64,000 nucleotides of DNA, from assembly GCA_015523565.1 (NCBI GenBank), contig WAKA01000095.1, positions 18,383 to 82,382 of the forward strand, read 5' to 3'. The translations under genes and the position numbers were made by a program. How positions within the stretch are numbered: position 1 is the stretch's first letter; each line of letters starts with the position of its first letter. Of this stretch, positions 43,947-53,523 are shown piece after piece. Source of the DNA: Candidatus Heimdallarchaeota archaeon. Lineage in GTDB: Archaea; Asgardarchaeota; Heimdallarchaeia; Heimdallarchaeales; Kariarchaeaceae. Below the pieces are notes generated by a model, which saw only the letters and a program-made list of their open reading frames with translations, searched no databases and was not told the DNA's origin.

Positions 43947-45503
43947 CTAATTTTCAATTAATGCTAAAAATGAACTTACTGTGATTGGAAATAAAAAGAC
44001 AATCCCCTCAATGAAAATTAATATTCCACTAGAGAATTGATTAATCATTAGATTATATCCAAGACCTATCAAACCCAAACCAAGCAAGGCAAATATTATT
44101 GAATTTCTAAACAAATGGACATTTCTGTTCCAGACTGATTTTGGATTTGAAGGCATCCCATATTTCAAAAAGCCCAAGATGCTTGCAAACATTATCAATA
44201 CTGTTGTAGAAATGCCAATAATTGTCATAATTGGGATCAATCTCCATTTATAGGATACTCTGGTTGTTTCTTCTTCCCTCAATGATTTGAAAGCAAAAAC
44301 TAAAATCACAAGATATGTCATTAATTCAAACAACGGCAACAAGATGTAAGTAGACACAGTTATTTGATTTATTTGGAGTGACGGTCTGACCAAGTTAATT
44401 CCTATTCCTCCCAAAAATGAGACTATTAGCCCATAAAGAAAAAGTAACGGAACAATGAATGCAATTCCAATGGTGGTTAAAACATCAAGTTTCTGTACTA
44501 CAGACAAGTTCTTGGAAAAAATCAGGTTTTTTAGATTTACACGGATTGATTGTCCCGCCCCAAGTGCCCATCTCCAAAGCTGTGAAATTTGTTCCTTATA
44601 AGTTAGGGGAGATTTTCCCCATGACCCAATTCTTTTGACTAATTTTCCATAATAACCATGTACCATTAATTTTATTGTGGTATCCGTATCCTCTGTAATG
44701 GAATCATAGGAGAAACCATTTATTGACTTTATTGCCGATGTTTTGAACATTGCTGTTGAACCTACAAAAAGGACAGTTTTCCTATTGTTTTTTGGAGTTT
44801 CAATGACTTCAAAATTTTGAAGATATAATAATGCAGAGAAATATGAACTTATTGTCTTCAATCTATTAAAGCGTTTTATTGCTTGCACAAAAGCGAGATT
44901 TTCATCATTTGTCTTCTTGAATTCGGATAACAGAATGTCTATTAAGTCTTTGACTGGAACTTGATCATAATCTAAAATGATAAAATAAGGATCTTTCACT
45001 TTTTGAAGGAGGATATTTACCATCCCTGCCTTGAATTTTTTTTGTGTTCCTGAATGAAAATAGAAAAGGCCATAATTATTGCACAATTCCTTTATTTTCA
45101 ATTTCAGTTCCTGTTCTGTTGTGTCATCTCCTACCATGACCGTCAATTTGTTTCTTGGATAAGTTAAATTTCCAATAGCCTTTACTGTCTCCTCAAAATA
45201 TGAGAGATTTGGGTTTTTAATGGGAATCAAGATTGTAACTCTCTCGTCATAATCATGATTGGGATTTGCTGTTTCGATGTTATTCCCATTTCTTCCCCAA
45301 AAAAGAAAAATGTTGATCGTTGCAATTTGAAGAAAAATTAATGATTCAATAGCCAACGTGATCCAATTGATTCTTTTTGCTATCTCGTCTGTTATTTTTC
45401 TGATTGGTTGAATTGAGAAATAAAGGTGTATGCCAAACCCAAAAATGATTGATGAAATCCAAAAAAATGCAAGCCATTTCTCTTTTTTATTTGATCTTTT
45501 CAA
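43947..45503 (-). CDS. Processive family-2 glycosyltransferase (cellulose/chitin/hyaluronan-synthase-like), integral membrane
   Basis: GT2 motifs appear in order: ILIPIKN, VGDDTT, ILDYDQVP, ITEDTDTT and the Q(Q/R)xRW-type QLWRW. TM helices lie both N-terminal and C-terminal of the catalytic domain. Confidence 0.85.
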   Translation of the reverse strand: MKRSNKKEKWLAFFWISSIIFGFGIHLYFSIQPIRKITDEIAKRINWITLAIESLIFLQIATINIFLFWGRNGNNIETANPNHDYDERVTILIPIKNPNLSYFEETVKAIGNLTYPRNKLTVMVGDDTTEQELKLKIKELCNNYGLFYFHSGTQKKFKAGMVNILLQKVKDPYFIILDYDQVPVKDLIDILLSEFKKTNDENLAFVQAIKRFNRLKTISSYFSALLYLQNFEVIETPKNNRKTVLFVGSTAMFKTSAIKSINGFSYDSITEDTDTTIKLMVHGYYGKLVKRIGSWGKSPLTYKEQISQLWRWALGAGQSIRVNLKNLIFSKNLSVVQKLDVLTTIGIAFIVPLLFLYGLIVSFLGGIGINLVRPSLQINQITVSTYILLPLFELMTYLVILVFAFKSLREEETTRVSYKWRLIPIMTIIGISTTVLIMFASILGFLKYGMPSNPKSVWNRNVHLFRNSIIFALLGLGLIGLGYNLMINQFSSGILIFIEGIVFLFPITVSSFLALIEN

Positions 45504-45564
45504 CCCACTTCAAACTTTCCTAAAATGTTATTTATATCTAATTGATGGTAACGGCTTAAAATCA

Positions 45565-47052
45565 TTATTCAACAAGATTATATGGCAGGGAAAAGACAAA
45601 GGTGGTTCCACTCTCATTGACATTTGGTCTACACTCAATGCTTCCTCCATGTATCTCAATTATTTTTTTCACAAGCGCTAGTCCAATGCCTGTACCCTCT
45701 TGATCTGATATCCCCAATTTTCTGAACATCTCAAAAATCTCATCTTTTTTCTTTATTGGTATCCCTATTCCATTGTCTTTACAATAATATATTATCCATT
45801 CCCCTCTTTTCTCTCCCCAAATCTTAATGTGTGGTGGTACCCCTTTACGACTGAATTTAATCGCATTTTGGATAAGATTTTGCCATACCTGCATAACAAG
45901 GGAAATGTCTCCGAAAGAATATGGGATGTCTTCAGAAACTTCAATTTTTGCATTTGTGTTGTCTATTCTTTCTTGGAGACTTACTGTCGTTACAAATTCA
46001 ATTATTTTTTTCATGTCCAATTTTTGATAGGTGATTTTTTGACTATCAATTCGAGAATAATTGACCAATGCATTTATCATATTATAAAGATGTTTCGCCC
46101 CATCGACCATGATTTTTATCCATTCTTTTTCAGTATTCGTTAACCTATCGGTTGCTGAGTTTTGCAACAATTCCCCAAATGAAACAATCCTTCTTGCAGG
46201 ATCTTTGAGATCATGGGAAACAATTGAGACAAAACGATCCAGTTTTTTGTTAAGAACTTCCAGTTTTTTGTTTGCCTCTTTCAATTCCTGATTTTTTTGT
46301 TTTAGTGCTCTCTTTTGGTCTTCAATCATGGAAACGTCCATGAAATTCAATTCAACCAATAAAATTTCATCATCAAATATAATGGGTGTCAATATCCATT
46401 GCATTGTCTTGTTCCCTAATTTTTCTGTAAACCACATTGACTTTTTTTTCGTAATTGCCAAATTCAGATATTCCTCAAGCTTATGTTTTAAATGATCTTC
46501 AAACAAATTAATAATTTCCTTTCCAAGAACCTCCTCTTTTTTCAGTCCATTCAAATATTTCAACCCTGTTCGGTTTACGAAAGTTACAAAATTTTCAGGA
46601 TTAAAAAGTATCAGTCCAGAAGAAATATTGTCAAGCAATATCTGATCCACATGTATCGTTTCCTTGAGTTGGTCTATTTGCTCTTCAACAAGAGTAAAAT
46701 CATTTCCGATAAAGGCAACCTGCGATTTGTTGCCATTTACTAATTGAAAAATAAGCACCTCTATTTTTTTTTCAGGTCCATTTTTGTCTGAAATGACAAT
46801 TTGAATTGCATTTTCATGATTTATGGTCTGAATGGATTGTTCTATGCAATTCCTGTCTAAAAGCTCTTTCCAATATTTTTGATCTTCTCTTATTGCTTCA
46901 AGAGCCGTTTTTAATTCCTCATCCGCACAAATTATCTGGTTCGTCTCTTTATCAACTATTGCAATTAACCTGTCAAATTTATAACTCAATTTGGATGGGG
47001 TGATTTTTATTATTCCCTTGTCATAATCAAACTTTTTTGTATGGGAACTCAA
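45565..47052 (-). CDS. Sensor histidine kinase (cytoplasmic, PAS-containing)
   Basis: Motifs are the H-box VSIVSHDLKDPARRI, the N-box QNLIQNAIKFS, G1 DNGIGI and G2 GTGIGLALVKKIIEIHGG. A PAS-like region (LILFNPENFVTFVNRTGLKYL) is followed by a coiled coil before the H-box. No TM helix is present. Confidence 0.9.
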   Translation of the reverse strand: MSSHTKKFDYDKGIIKITPSKLSYKFDRLIAIVDKETNQIICADEELKTALEAIREDQKYWKELLDRNCIEQSIQTINHENAIQIVISDKNGPEKKIEVLIFQLVNGNKSQVAFIGNDFTLVEEQIDQLKETIHVDQILLDNISSGLILFNPENFVTFVNRTGLKYLNGLKKEEVLGKEIINLFEDHLKHKLEEYLNLAITKKKSMWFTEKLGNKTMQWILTPIIFDDEILLVELNFMDVSMIEDQKRALKQKNQELKEANKKLEVLNKKLDRFVSIVSHDLKDPARRIVSFGELLQNSATDRLTNTEKEWIKIMVDGAKHLYNMINALVNYSRIDSQKITYQKLDMKKIIEFVTTVSLQERIDNTNAKIEVSEDIPYSFGDISLVMQVWQNLIQNAIKFSRKGVPPHIKIWGEKRGEWIIYYCKDNGIGIPIKKKDEIFEMFRKLGISDQEGTGIGLALVKKIIEIHGGSIECRPNVNESGTTFVFSLPYNLVE

Positions 47053-47192
47053 CTAATATCTCTTTATTTTATCAATTATAGTTATTTCGGTTTGGAATTT
47101 TCGTCAATACAAAAAAAAAGAAAAAGTGATACATGTATTGTCTACTAATGGATTAGGTAAAACTTTATCAAGTATTCGGAGCCATCTAATTT

Positions 47193-47849
47193 ATGGATTA
47201 CTTGAGATTGTATTTATTAGTGGCATATATTCTATTGGCAGGTTTATTACGTTTTTTGAACCAAAAAAACAAAAGTGCCATTTCAATTGGATTATATTTT
47301 GGAATCGCGTTTACTGTCGTTTTCAATGTTTATACATTAATATATGAGGCAATTGTATCGACAACTTTCATTGAATCGGTAAAAACAGATTATCAACCAT
47401 ATGTCTTTTTTTCATTGGCATTGTTGGCTCTTACATTTGTTATTCCTCAACGCATTCTCCTAATAAGAAACTTATCTCAAATCAATCCTCTTGACCATCT
47501 CTATGTTTATTGGCTTGCTGTTTTGTTGCCAATATTTGCTTATCGCATTGTTGACTTGTTCCAACTCTATGGTCTTTTTAATACCGTTATTATTCTTCTT
47601 TTTTATTGCATTTATAACTTGCCAACTTTGTATTTTATCCTTAATTCTTTTGAAAATTCAAAATTTGGCATGTTTGCTGCAGTTATTTACTTGATTTATG
47701 ACCTTTTCATATATGGGGTCGTTGCACATGGCAATTCATTGAAAGAAATAGTTGTTCCAATGTTGGCATTGACTTTTCTTAACCTATTTCTTGCAGGAAT
47801 GCTTTTGCTAAAGAACAAAGGAAAGAATAAAAACTCAAACAACCAATGA
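47193..47849 (+). CDS. Hypothetical membrane protein (about 6 TM)
   Basis: It is hydrophobic throughout. Its stop overlaps the next start (ATGA). I recognise no family. Confidence 0.4.
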   Translation: MDYLRLYLLVAYILLAGLLRFLNQKNKSAISIGLYFGIAFTVVFNVYTLIYEAIVSTTFIESVKTDYQPYVFFSLALLALTFVIPQRILLIRNLSQINPLDHLYVYWLAVLLPIFAYRIVDLFQLYGLFNTVIILLFYCIYNLPTLYFILNSFENSKFGMFAAVIYLIYDLFIYGVVAHGNSLKEIVVPMLALTFLNLFLAGMLLLKNKGKNKNSNNQ

Positions 47850-48592
47850 CACGCATGGAAAATGAGCTAATTTTTTTGGGAACAGGTAATGCCTTTGGAC
47901 ATACTGGAAGAAGACATTCTTCTTATTTTTTAAAACATAAAACGATTGGATTGCTTATTGACTGCGGTCCATCTACACTTCCTGCTCTTCATGATAATGG
48001 ACTTTCTCCTTTGGATATTGATTTCATATGGATAAGCCATCTCCATCCTGATCATTGGTTGGGATTGCCTCTTTTGGTTTTAGATGATAAATGGATTTCA
48101 AAACGAAAAAATCCAATAAGACTAATTGCTCCAAATGGTATATCTGAAATGCTGGACAGAGTCTGCTCTCAAATTTACTCACAAGAAGAGGCAGAGCATA
48201 TACCTAGTGTTTTTGAAGTGATTGAAACTCCACAAGAGGGGGAGATTTCTTTAACAGATGAAATTTCCATTGAATTTTGGCCTGCAATCCATGGTGGGAA
48301 TGGTCGATGTTGCAAATTTTATCTTGGTGATAAAACCCTGTCTTATTCTGGAGATACCGCATATTCTCCTTCCTTATTCAAGCATCTGATTGCAGATATT
48401 TTAATTCATGAGGCATCTTCGTATGATTTTCAAATTCCAAACCACACTATGTTTTTGGATCTCTTAAAGTCAAAAGCTCCTTCAGATTCAACAATTTTCT
48501 TGACACATATTGATGAAAGTATAATCAAAAACAGAGAACAAATACATCCTCCATTTTTTATCGCTGAAGATAATCTCAAAATTTTCTTTTAA
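47846..48592 (+). CDS. Metallo-beta-lactamase-fold hydrolase (RNase Z/PhnP-like)
   Basis: The HxHxDH motif is ISHLHPDHWLG. Other motifs are IDCGPST, the downstream YSGDTAY and LTHID. Confidence 0.8.
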   Translation: MTRMENELIFLGTGNAFGHTGRRHSSYFLKHKTIGLLIDCGPSTLPALHDNGLSPLDIDFIWISHLHPDHWLGLPLLVLDDKWISKRKNPIRLIAPNGISEMLDRVCSQIYSQEEAEHIPSVFEVIETPQEGEISLTDEISIEFWPAIHGGNGRCCKFYLGDKTLSYSGDTAYSPSLFKHLIADILIHEASSYDFQIPNHTMFLDLLKSKAPSDSTIFLTHIDESIIKNREQIHPPFFIAEDNLKIFF

Positions 48593-48644
48593 AAAACTGT
48601 CCGAGATCAAAACTCTAATCTTTTTCAATTTAAAATATGGAATT

Positions 48645-49697
48645 GTGGAATTTGAATTCTCAAGTTACTATTCCCGTCACTTTCCTCTGAATTCTATAGG
48701 AAAAGATGGGCAAAAGCTCCTTGCTAAACGCCATGTATTGGTTGCTGGTGTTGGCGGGTTAGGTACAATAAGTTCTGACCTTTTGGCGGGGCTTGGCATC
48801 GGGAAATTGACAATTGCTGATTTTGACGTCGTAGAACAATCAAACTTACCAAGGCAACCTCTATATACCTTCAATGATATGGGGATGGCAAAGGTTGACG
48901 TTGCCGCAAAAAGGCTTAGCGAGAGAAATCCTTCAATTGAAATCAACCCTGTAGCAATAAGGCTTGACGGTTTGAGTGTAAAAGAACTGCTTGATGATGT
49001 TGATTTGGTGGTTGATGGCTTAGATAGGTTTAGTTCTCGTCAATCATTGCATTTTCATGCAATGAAACTTAAAATCCCCTATTTGTTTGCAGGGGCTGTT
49101 GGAGAACAAGCAAACATTTCTACATTCATGTTTCAGGAAAATGACCCTTGCATGAATTGTGTTTTTGGCATGGCAAATGACGATCCAAACCGAACCTGTG
49201 AATTTATGGGGATTCATCCTTCAATTCTTCATATTGCCGCAGGTATCCAAGTATCTGAAGCGGTTCGTATTCTAACGGAAAAAAAACCATTATTGCAATC
49301 AAAATTGATGATTGTTGATTTGGATGACCTCGATTTTTCTATTTTAAGCCTTAACAAAAATCCAATCTGTCCAACCTGTAGCAATGAGCAAGAAGAAAAG
49401 GGAAATATTGGAGAAAGGAAGAAATTCATGTTTGAAATACCTGGAAAGGGAACTGCTAAAGTGACATCAATTTGCGGGAGAAGTACTTACATCATTGAAC
49501 CACAATGGGAAATAAATCCTGATTTTTCTATTATTGAAGAGAATTACAAGACAATTAAAAAATCAGAAAATGTGATTACTTTTGTTTATCGAAATGCAAA
49601 TGTCTCTATTCTGAAAAGCGGTTTATCTACATTAAGGGGACCTGATTCTATTGAATTGGCAAAAACCATTGCTAAAAAAATATACGGGAATATATAG
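48645..49697 (+). CDS. ThiF/MoeB/UbaA-type E1-like adenylyltransferase with a C-terminal extension of about 95 aa
   Basis: The nucleotide-binding motif is VLVAGVGGLGTISSDLLAGLGIGKLTIADFDVVEQSNLPRQ. Two CxxC pairs are present (CMNC and CPTC). The start is GTG. Confidence 0.8.
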   Translation: MEFEFSSYYSRHFPLNSIGKDGQKLLAKRHVLVAGVGGLGTISSDLLAGLGIGKLTIADFDVVEQSNLPRQPLYTFNDMGMAKVDVAAKRLSERNPSIEINPVAIRLDGLSVKELLDDVDLVVDGLDRFSSRQSLHFHAMKLKIPYLFAGAVGEQANISTFMFQENDPCMNCVFGMANDDPNRTCEFMGIHPSILHIAAGIQVSEAVRILTEKKPLLQSKLMIVDLDDLDFSILSLNKNPICPTCSNEQEEKGNIGERKKFMFEIPGKGTAKVTSICGRSTYIIEPQWEINPDFSIIEENYKTIKKSENVITFVYRNANVSILKSGLSTLRGPDSIELAKTIAKKIYGNI

Positions 49698-49762
49698 GAA
49701 CATTTCCAGATTTACGCAGAAAATTTAACAACCTTTAAGAATTCAATATTAAAAGCCGATTT

Positions 49763-49984
49763 GTGGCAGAAACTTACTCCCCAATCATTTCAGGAAAATT
49801 GCTTATTGCGTCAATCTGGATTTTTTCAATTCTTTCCGTTGCATTTTTGATTTTATTTACATTGTATGCTTGGACTTCCAAAGAAAAGACAAGAAAAGGT
49901 ATTGTCCTATTTCTTGTCTTGACCTGTTTGTCAATTGCAATAGATATTCAATTGATATTTTATCAAAATGCAGTAAATTATTAG
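49763..49984 (+). CDS. Possible small two-TM membrane protein (73 aa)
   Basis: It has two hydrophobic helices and a GTG start. There is no homology signal, so the call is weak. Confidence 0.25.
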   Translation: MAETYSPIISGKLLIASIWIFSILSVAFLILFTLYAWTSKEKTRKGIVLFLVLTCLSIAIDIQLIFYQNAVNY

Positions 49985-50661
49985 CTGGTTAACGCTCCAA
50001 TAGCAATCATGAGATTCAGGACAAAGTGACCTAACATCAAACCGTAAATATTTCTTGTATAAAGCGCAATGAAATCACCTGATATTCCCAAAAACAGCGT
50101 CAGTAAAATAGATCCGAGTAACCCAATGTAAGGTATCAATAATATGATTTCATAGAGATGGATAATGAACCATATAATGTTTTGTAAAACAATTGCTTGG
50201 AATTCACCATGCTTCTTTGCCCAGATCAATAAAATGAACCCTCTTGTCCAATAATCGGTTATTGCCGCCATGATCCCAATCATCAATAGATTTAGTATCC
50301 TCTCTGTTGGGGAAAGCAACGCCCACCCATAAAAAAATATCTGAAATTTCAAAAACACTATCCCCGCCAATGCATAGATGATTCCTCCCCCAAAAATGGA
50401 AATCAATATTTTCCGTCTTTCTTTACATGGGCAAAGCCCCAGATCACATAGGGTCATTCCATTCACCTTAATGAAGAAAAATGAAGGAAACACATAAACC
50501 AAGGTCATTCTGATCATCCTAATGAAACTTCCTGCAAGAATGGTAAGATTCAAATTCTGTTGCATCAAATATAGAATGCCCGCTAAAATCATCTGAATTA
50601 TGATGAGCAAAAAGAATTGGAATTCCCAATCTTTTCTATCTGTTTTCATTACTTTCCTCAA
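49981..50661 (-). CDS. CPBP-family (CAAX/Abi-like) intramembrane protease homologue with a degenerate first motif
   Basis: Motif 2 (FxxxH) is WFIIHL and motif 3 is GHFVLN. The position of the EExxxR motif reads TDYWTRG. Confidence 0.5.
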   Translation of the reverse strand: MRKVMKTDRKDWEFQFFLLIIIQMILAGILYLMQQNLNLTILAGSFIRMIRMTLVYVFPSFFFIKVNGMTLCDLGLCPCKERRKILISIFGGGIIYALAGIVFLKFQIFFYGWALLSPTERILNLLMIGIMAAITDYWTRGFILLIWAKKHGEFQAIVLQNIIWFIIHLYEIILLIPYIGLLGSILLTLFLGISGDFIALYTRNIYGLMLGHFVLNLMIAIGALTS

Positions 50662-52114
50662 ATTGGCTTTCCATAATTATGTTGAAAAGGATGTCCTCGA
50701 CTTTTTCATTTATTTCTTCAATCCTTAAATCATTTTCACCAAAATTTTTGGCAATTTCCTTAATGATCCCTTTGGGATCAAATCCTTTTGTGATTGCTGT
50801 ATTCACCAATGACTCCACTTTTTTTCTAATCAACATTTCTTTTTCTTCTTTTTTCCTGATCCGCTTAATTCGATTTATTCCATCCATGAAATTATCTATC
50901 AACTCTTGAGACTTTTCACTTTGAATAAAGTCGGCTTTAACTTTCTCCTTTTTTAAGTATAGATTCAATTGATCAAGTGCCCATTTCAAATTGCTTTGTA
51001 CCGCAAGGATTTTTGCGATCTCCTTGTTTTCCTCTCCTTTTTCAATCAATTTTTGTGTTTCATTCTCTATACTTCCCACAATTAGGCGTTCCAATGTGTC
51101 GACATCATTGTTGTCTTTTGAAATATTAAAAATTATAGCTTCAATGAATTCAATAGGGTCACTTGTGTTGAATGCAAGAAGTGCTTTCTCAAACTCAGAA
51201 ATCATTGTTTGTTCATCAACTTCTTCGTTTGTAATTACTGTATCTATGAAATTGTTTACTATTTCTGTCTTATCCCTTGATTTCTCTTTCCTATCTCCCA
51301 AAAGAAATCTTTCAATTAGTATCACTAAAAGAATGGTTGCATAAAATGGCTTTTCAAAATCATGATCAACAATCTTTTGAAATTGTTCCAAAAAATCTGT
51401 TGACCACTCAATCAATTTGGTTCTATAGTTTTCAGCTTGCATTAGAATTGGATTGTCTTCAATACTTTCCTCAAATTCAAGATCCATGGCTCTTTTTTTT
51501 ATCGTTCTTACTGCTCCCTCAATTATTTGATCCCCTAACCGGATTTTTGTGTTCATTGACAAAGCACATAAAATTGAAAACGGTTTTGTGATGGGTTTAA
51601 ATTTGATTTGGTTAAACCAGTTTTTGATAAGAGGCATAATCAGATTGTTGGTCAAATTTTCCAATTCGATGAGAAAAAACATGCCTGTCTCAGGACTTGA
51701 TTTCTTTTCGATAAACAACTCTTTCCAAAGATTAATGATATTCTTTAATTTCGGGTAGTAATATTCTTTTACCTTTTGTCGTAACAAGACAATCCACGTT
51801 GCAAATTCTGCCCCCATCCTGATCTGATGGGTTTCAATGTCAGAAATGGGTTCTCCTGACTTTTCCAATGCATTGACATACCATTGGAAATCATCTTTGA
51901 CTAATTTTTTAGAGAGTGTGAATGATGTGTGCAAAACATATACCATTTTTTTAATTGGATAAGGAAAATCCAAAAAGTAAAATTCATCAGGCATTTTTTC
52001 ATTGGAATCTCTGGTATAAATTGATAAGATTTCATTAAATAGACGTTCTTTAAATTGCTCCAAGTTTTTCTCATTCTCATCTGAATCAAGAAATTTTGTT
52101 GAGTTTCCCATCAA
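50636..52114 (-). CDS. Hypothetical all-alpha protein (492 aa)
   Basis: It is a long ORF overlapping the downstream CPBP gene by 26 nt on the same strand. It is helical and K/E-rich. I recognise no family. Confidence 0.45.
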   Translation of the reverse strand: MMGNSTKFLDSDENEKNLEQFKERLFNEILSIYTRDSNEKMPDEFYFLDFPYPIKKMVYVLHTSFTLSKKLVKDDFQWYVNALEKSGEPISDIETHQIRMGAEFATWIVLLRQKVKEYYYPKLKNIINLWKELFIEKKSSPETGMFFLIELENLTNNLIMPLIKNWFNQIKFKPITKPFSILCALSMNTKIRLGDQIIEGAVRTIKKRAMDLEFEESIEDNPILMQAENYRTKLIEWSTDFLEQFQKIVDHDFEKPFYATILLVILIERFLLGDRKEKSRDKTEIVNNFIDTVITNEEVDEQTMISEFEKALLAFNTSDPIEFIEAIIFNISKDNNDVDTLERLIVGSIENETQKLIEKGEENKEIAKILAVQSNLKWALDQLNLYLKKEKVKADFIQSEKSQELIDNFMDGINRIKRIRKKEEKEMLIRKKVESLVNTAITKGFDPKGIIKEIAKNFGENDLRIEEINEKVEDILFNIIMESQFEESNENR

Positions 52115-52276
52115 TTTACCCTCATCTGTTCATTTCTTGTTTAAGCTCTATTTCTTTTGATTCAATTTAAACTAGTGGGCATAGGAACGGACATTTCATT
52201 TTCTTGTTTCAAATTTTAACAACAACTTGGATTTTCTCAGAAAAGTTATAACCTACCGACTACACTTGAAAAATGT

Positions 52277-53503
52277 ATGGTACAGGAAGACGTCGATGAT
52301 GAGCTTTATAATGAAAAAATCAATGAGCTTCCTGTATCAATTTTTTCAAGACCATTCTTCCGTGATTTTGGTCTTTATTTTCTTGCTTTGATCAAATTTG
52401 ATATGTTCTTGGGACCTGTACTGTACTATCATGAAACCAGTAAAGGCTCAGAATATATTCAAAATCTTTTGGATATCCGTAGACTTGCAGAAATATATGC
52501 TGGTTTCGAAAACAACACAATAAAGGTTGTTACAATAAATGACAGGGAAATTGTCCTTGTATCAAGATTATTGGAAGAACATGAGGGAATGGAAACCACC
52601 ACTTTGTTTCTCGTTGGTATAATGAAGAATGATAATCTGGATGAAATTGGAAAAGCCGTTCAACTTTCGCTTAACAAGTCTGGAGGAGATCCAAATAAAA
52701 TTGCGGAAATTTTGAAGAACTCCATTCTAAACATTAAGGAAGAAAAGAAAAATGAGGTTAAGGCCAAAAAATTAGGCAAATCATTTAAAATACTTGCAGA
52801 GGAGAGACCTGTCAAATCTTTGAACCTTCAAAACATAAAAGGTGCAATTATCCTTGACGTTTCTATGGGAATTGCTGATTTTAGGCTTATGCCTCAATGG
52901 GTTGGTCAACAAAACTTGTTCGTCAAGGATTTTGTTGAAGATATTGAATCCTCAATCAAAATTTTAAAACCAAAAACAATATCCTCTATTTACCATAACA
53001 ATGTACATTTTGTCGTCTATACCGCAGATAAAAATTTCTTTATTTTCCTTTATATGCCCTCACCTAACCCATTATTTGCAAGCAATGTGGGAAACTGGCT
53101 TTCAATCTTGATTAAAGTATTGAAAACAGATTGGAAAACTGCATCACGGAGGGAATTGCATACGACATTACAATATTTGGATATGGCAGGAATCCGTTCT
53201 CCCCCCAATGATTTTATTGAAATGACATTTAAACTTTTAATCCATTCTGATAGGATATATCCAATTACAAATACCGAAAATTTTGAACTCTTCTCAATTA
53301 CGTTACCCGAAATAATGAAGCCCATTAACCTTGATCCCCTAAAAAACTTGGGTGGTGAAAAAACAATCAGTGAAATTGCAGATGAATGGCTTACTAACAA
53401 TTTGGAAGTAGTTTTCATTATGCAATGGGCACGAAGCAGGAATCTAATCTCCTTTTTAACGAGCAAACAGTCTTTTGGAAATGGTAAACAAGAAATACAA
53501 TAA
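52277..53503 (+). CDS. Hypothetical protein with two longin/roadblock-like modules
   Basis: The N-terminus reads LYFLALIKFDMFLGPVLYYHE ... IKVVTINDREIVLVSRLL ... TTLFLVGIMK. The middle reads IKGAIILDVSMGIADFRL ... VHFVVYTADKNFFIFLY. This is pattern-level recognition only. Confidence 0.45.
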   Translation: MVQEDVDDELYNEKINELPVSIFSRPFFRDFGLYFLALIKFDMFLGPVLYYHETSKGSEYIQNLLDIRRLAEIYAGFENNTIKVVTINDREIVLVSRLLEEHEGMETTTLFLVGIMKNDNLDEIGKAVQLSLNKSGGDPNKIAEILKNSILNIKEEKKNEVKAKKLGKSFKILAEERPVKSLNLQNIKGAIILDVSMGIADFRLMPQWVGQQNLFVKDFVEDIESSIKILKPKTISSIYHNNVHFVVYTADKNFFIFLYMPSPNPLFASNVGNWLSILIKVLKTDWKTASRRELHTTLQYLDMAGIRSPPNDFIEMTFKLLIHSDRIYPITNTENFELFSITLPEIMKPINLDPLKNLGGEKTISEIADEWLTNNLEVVFIMQWARSRNLISFLTSKQSFGNGKQEIQ

Positions 53504-53523
53504 TATCAATGAAAGTATAGGAC

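Noticed and set aside
48645-49697. The E1-like gene as evidence of a eukaryote-type ubiquitin cascade.
   Set aside because: No ubiquitin-like, E2, E3/RING or deubiquitinase gene lies in the window. The domain pattern equally fits MoeB/ThiF/UbaA sulfur-carrier activation.
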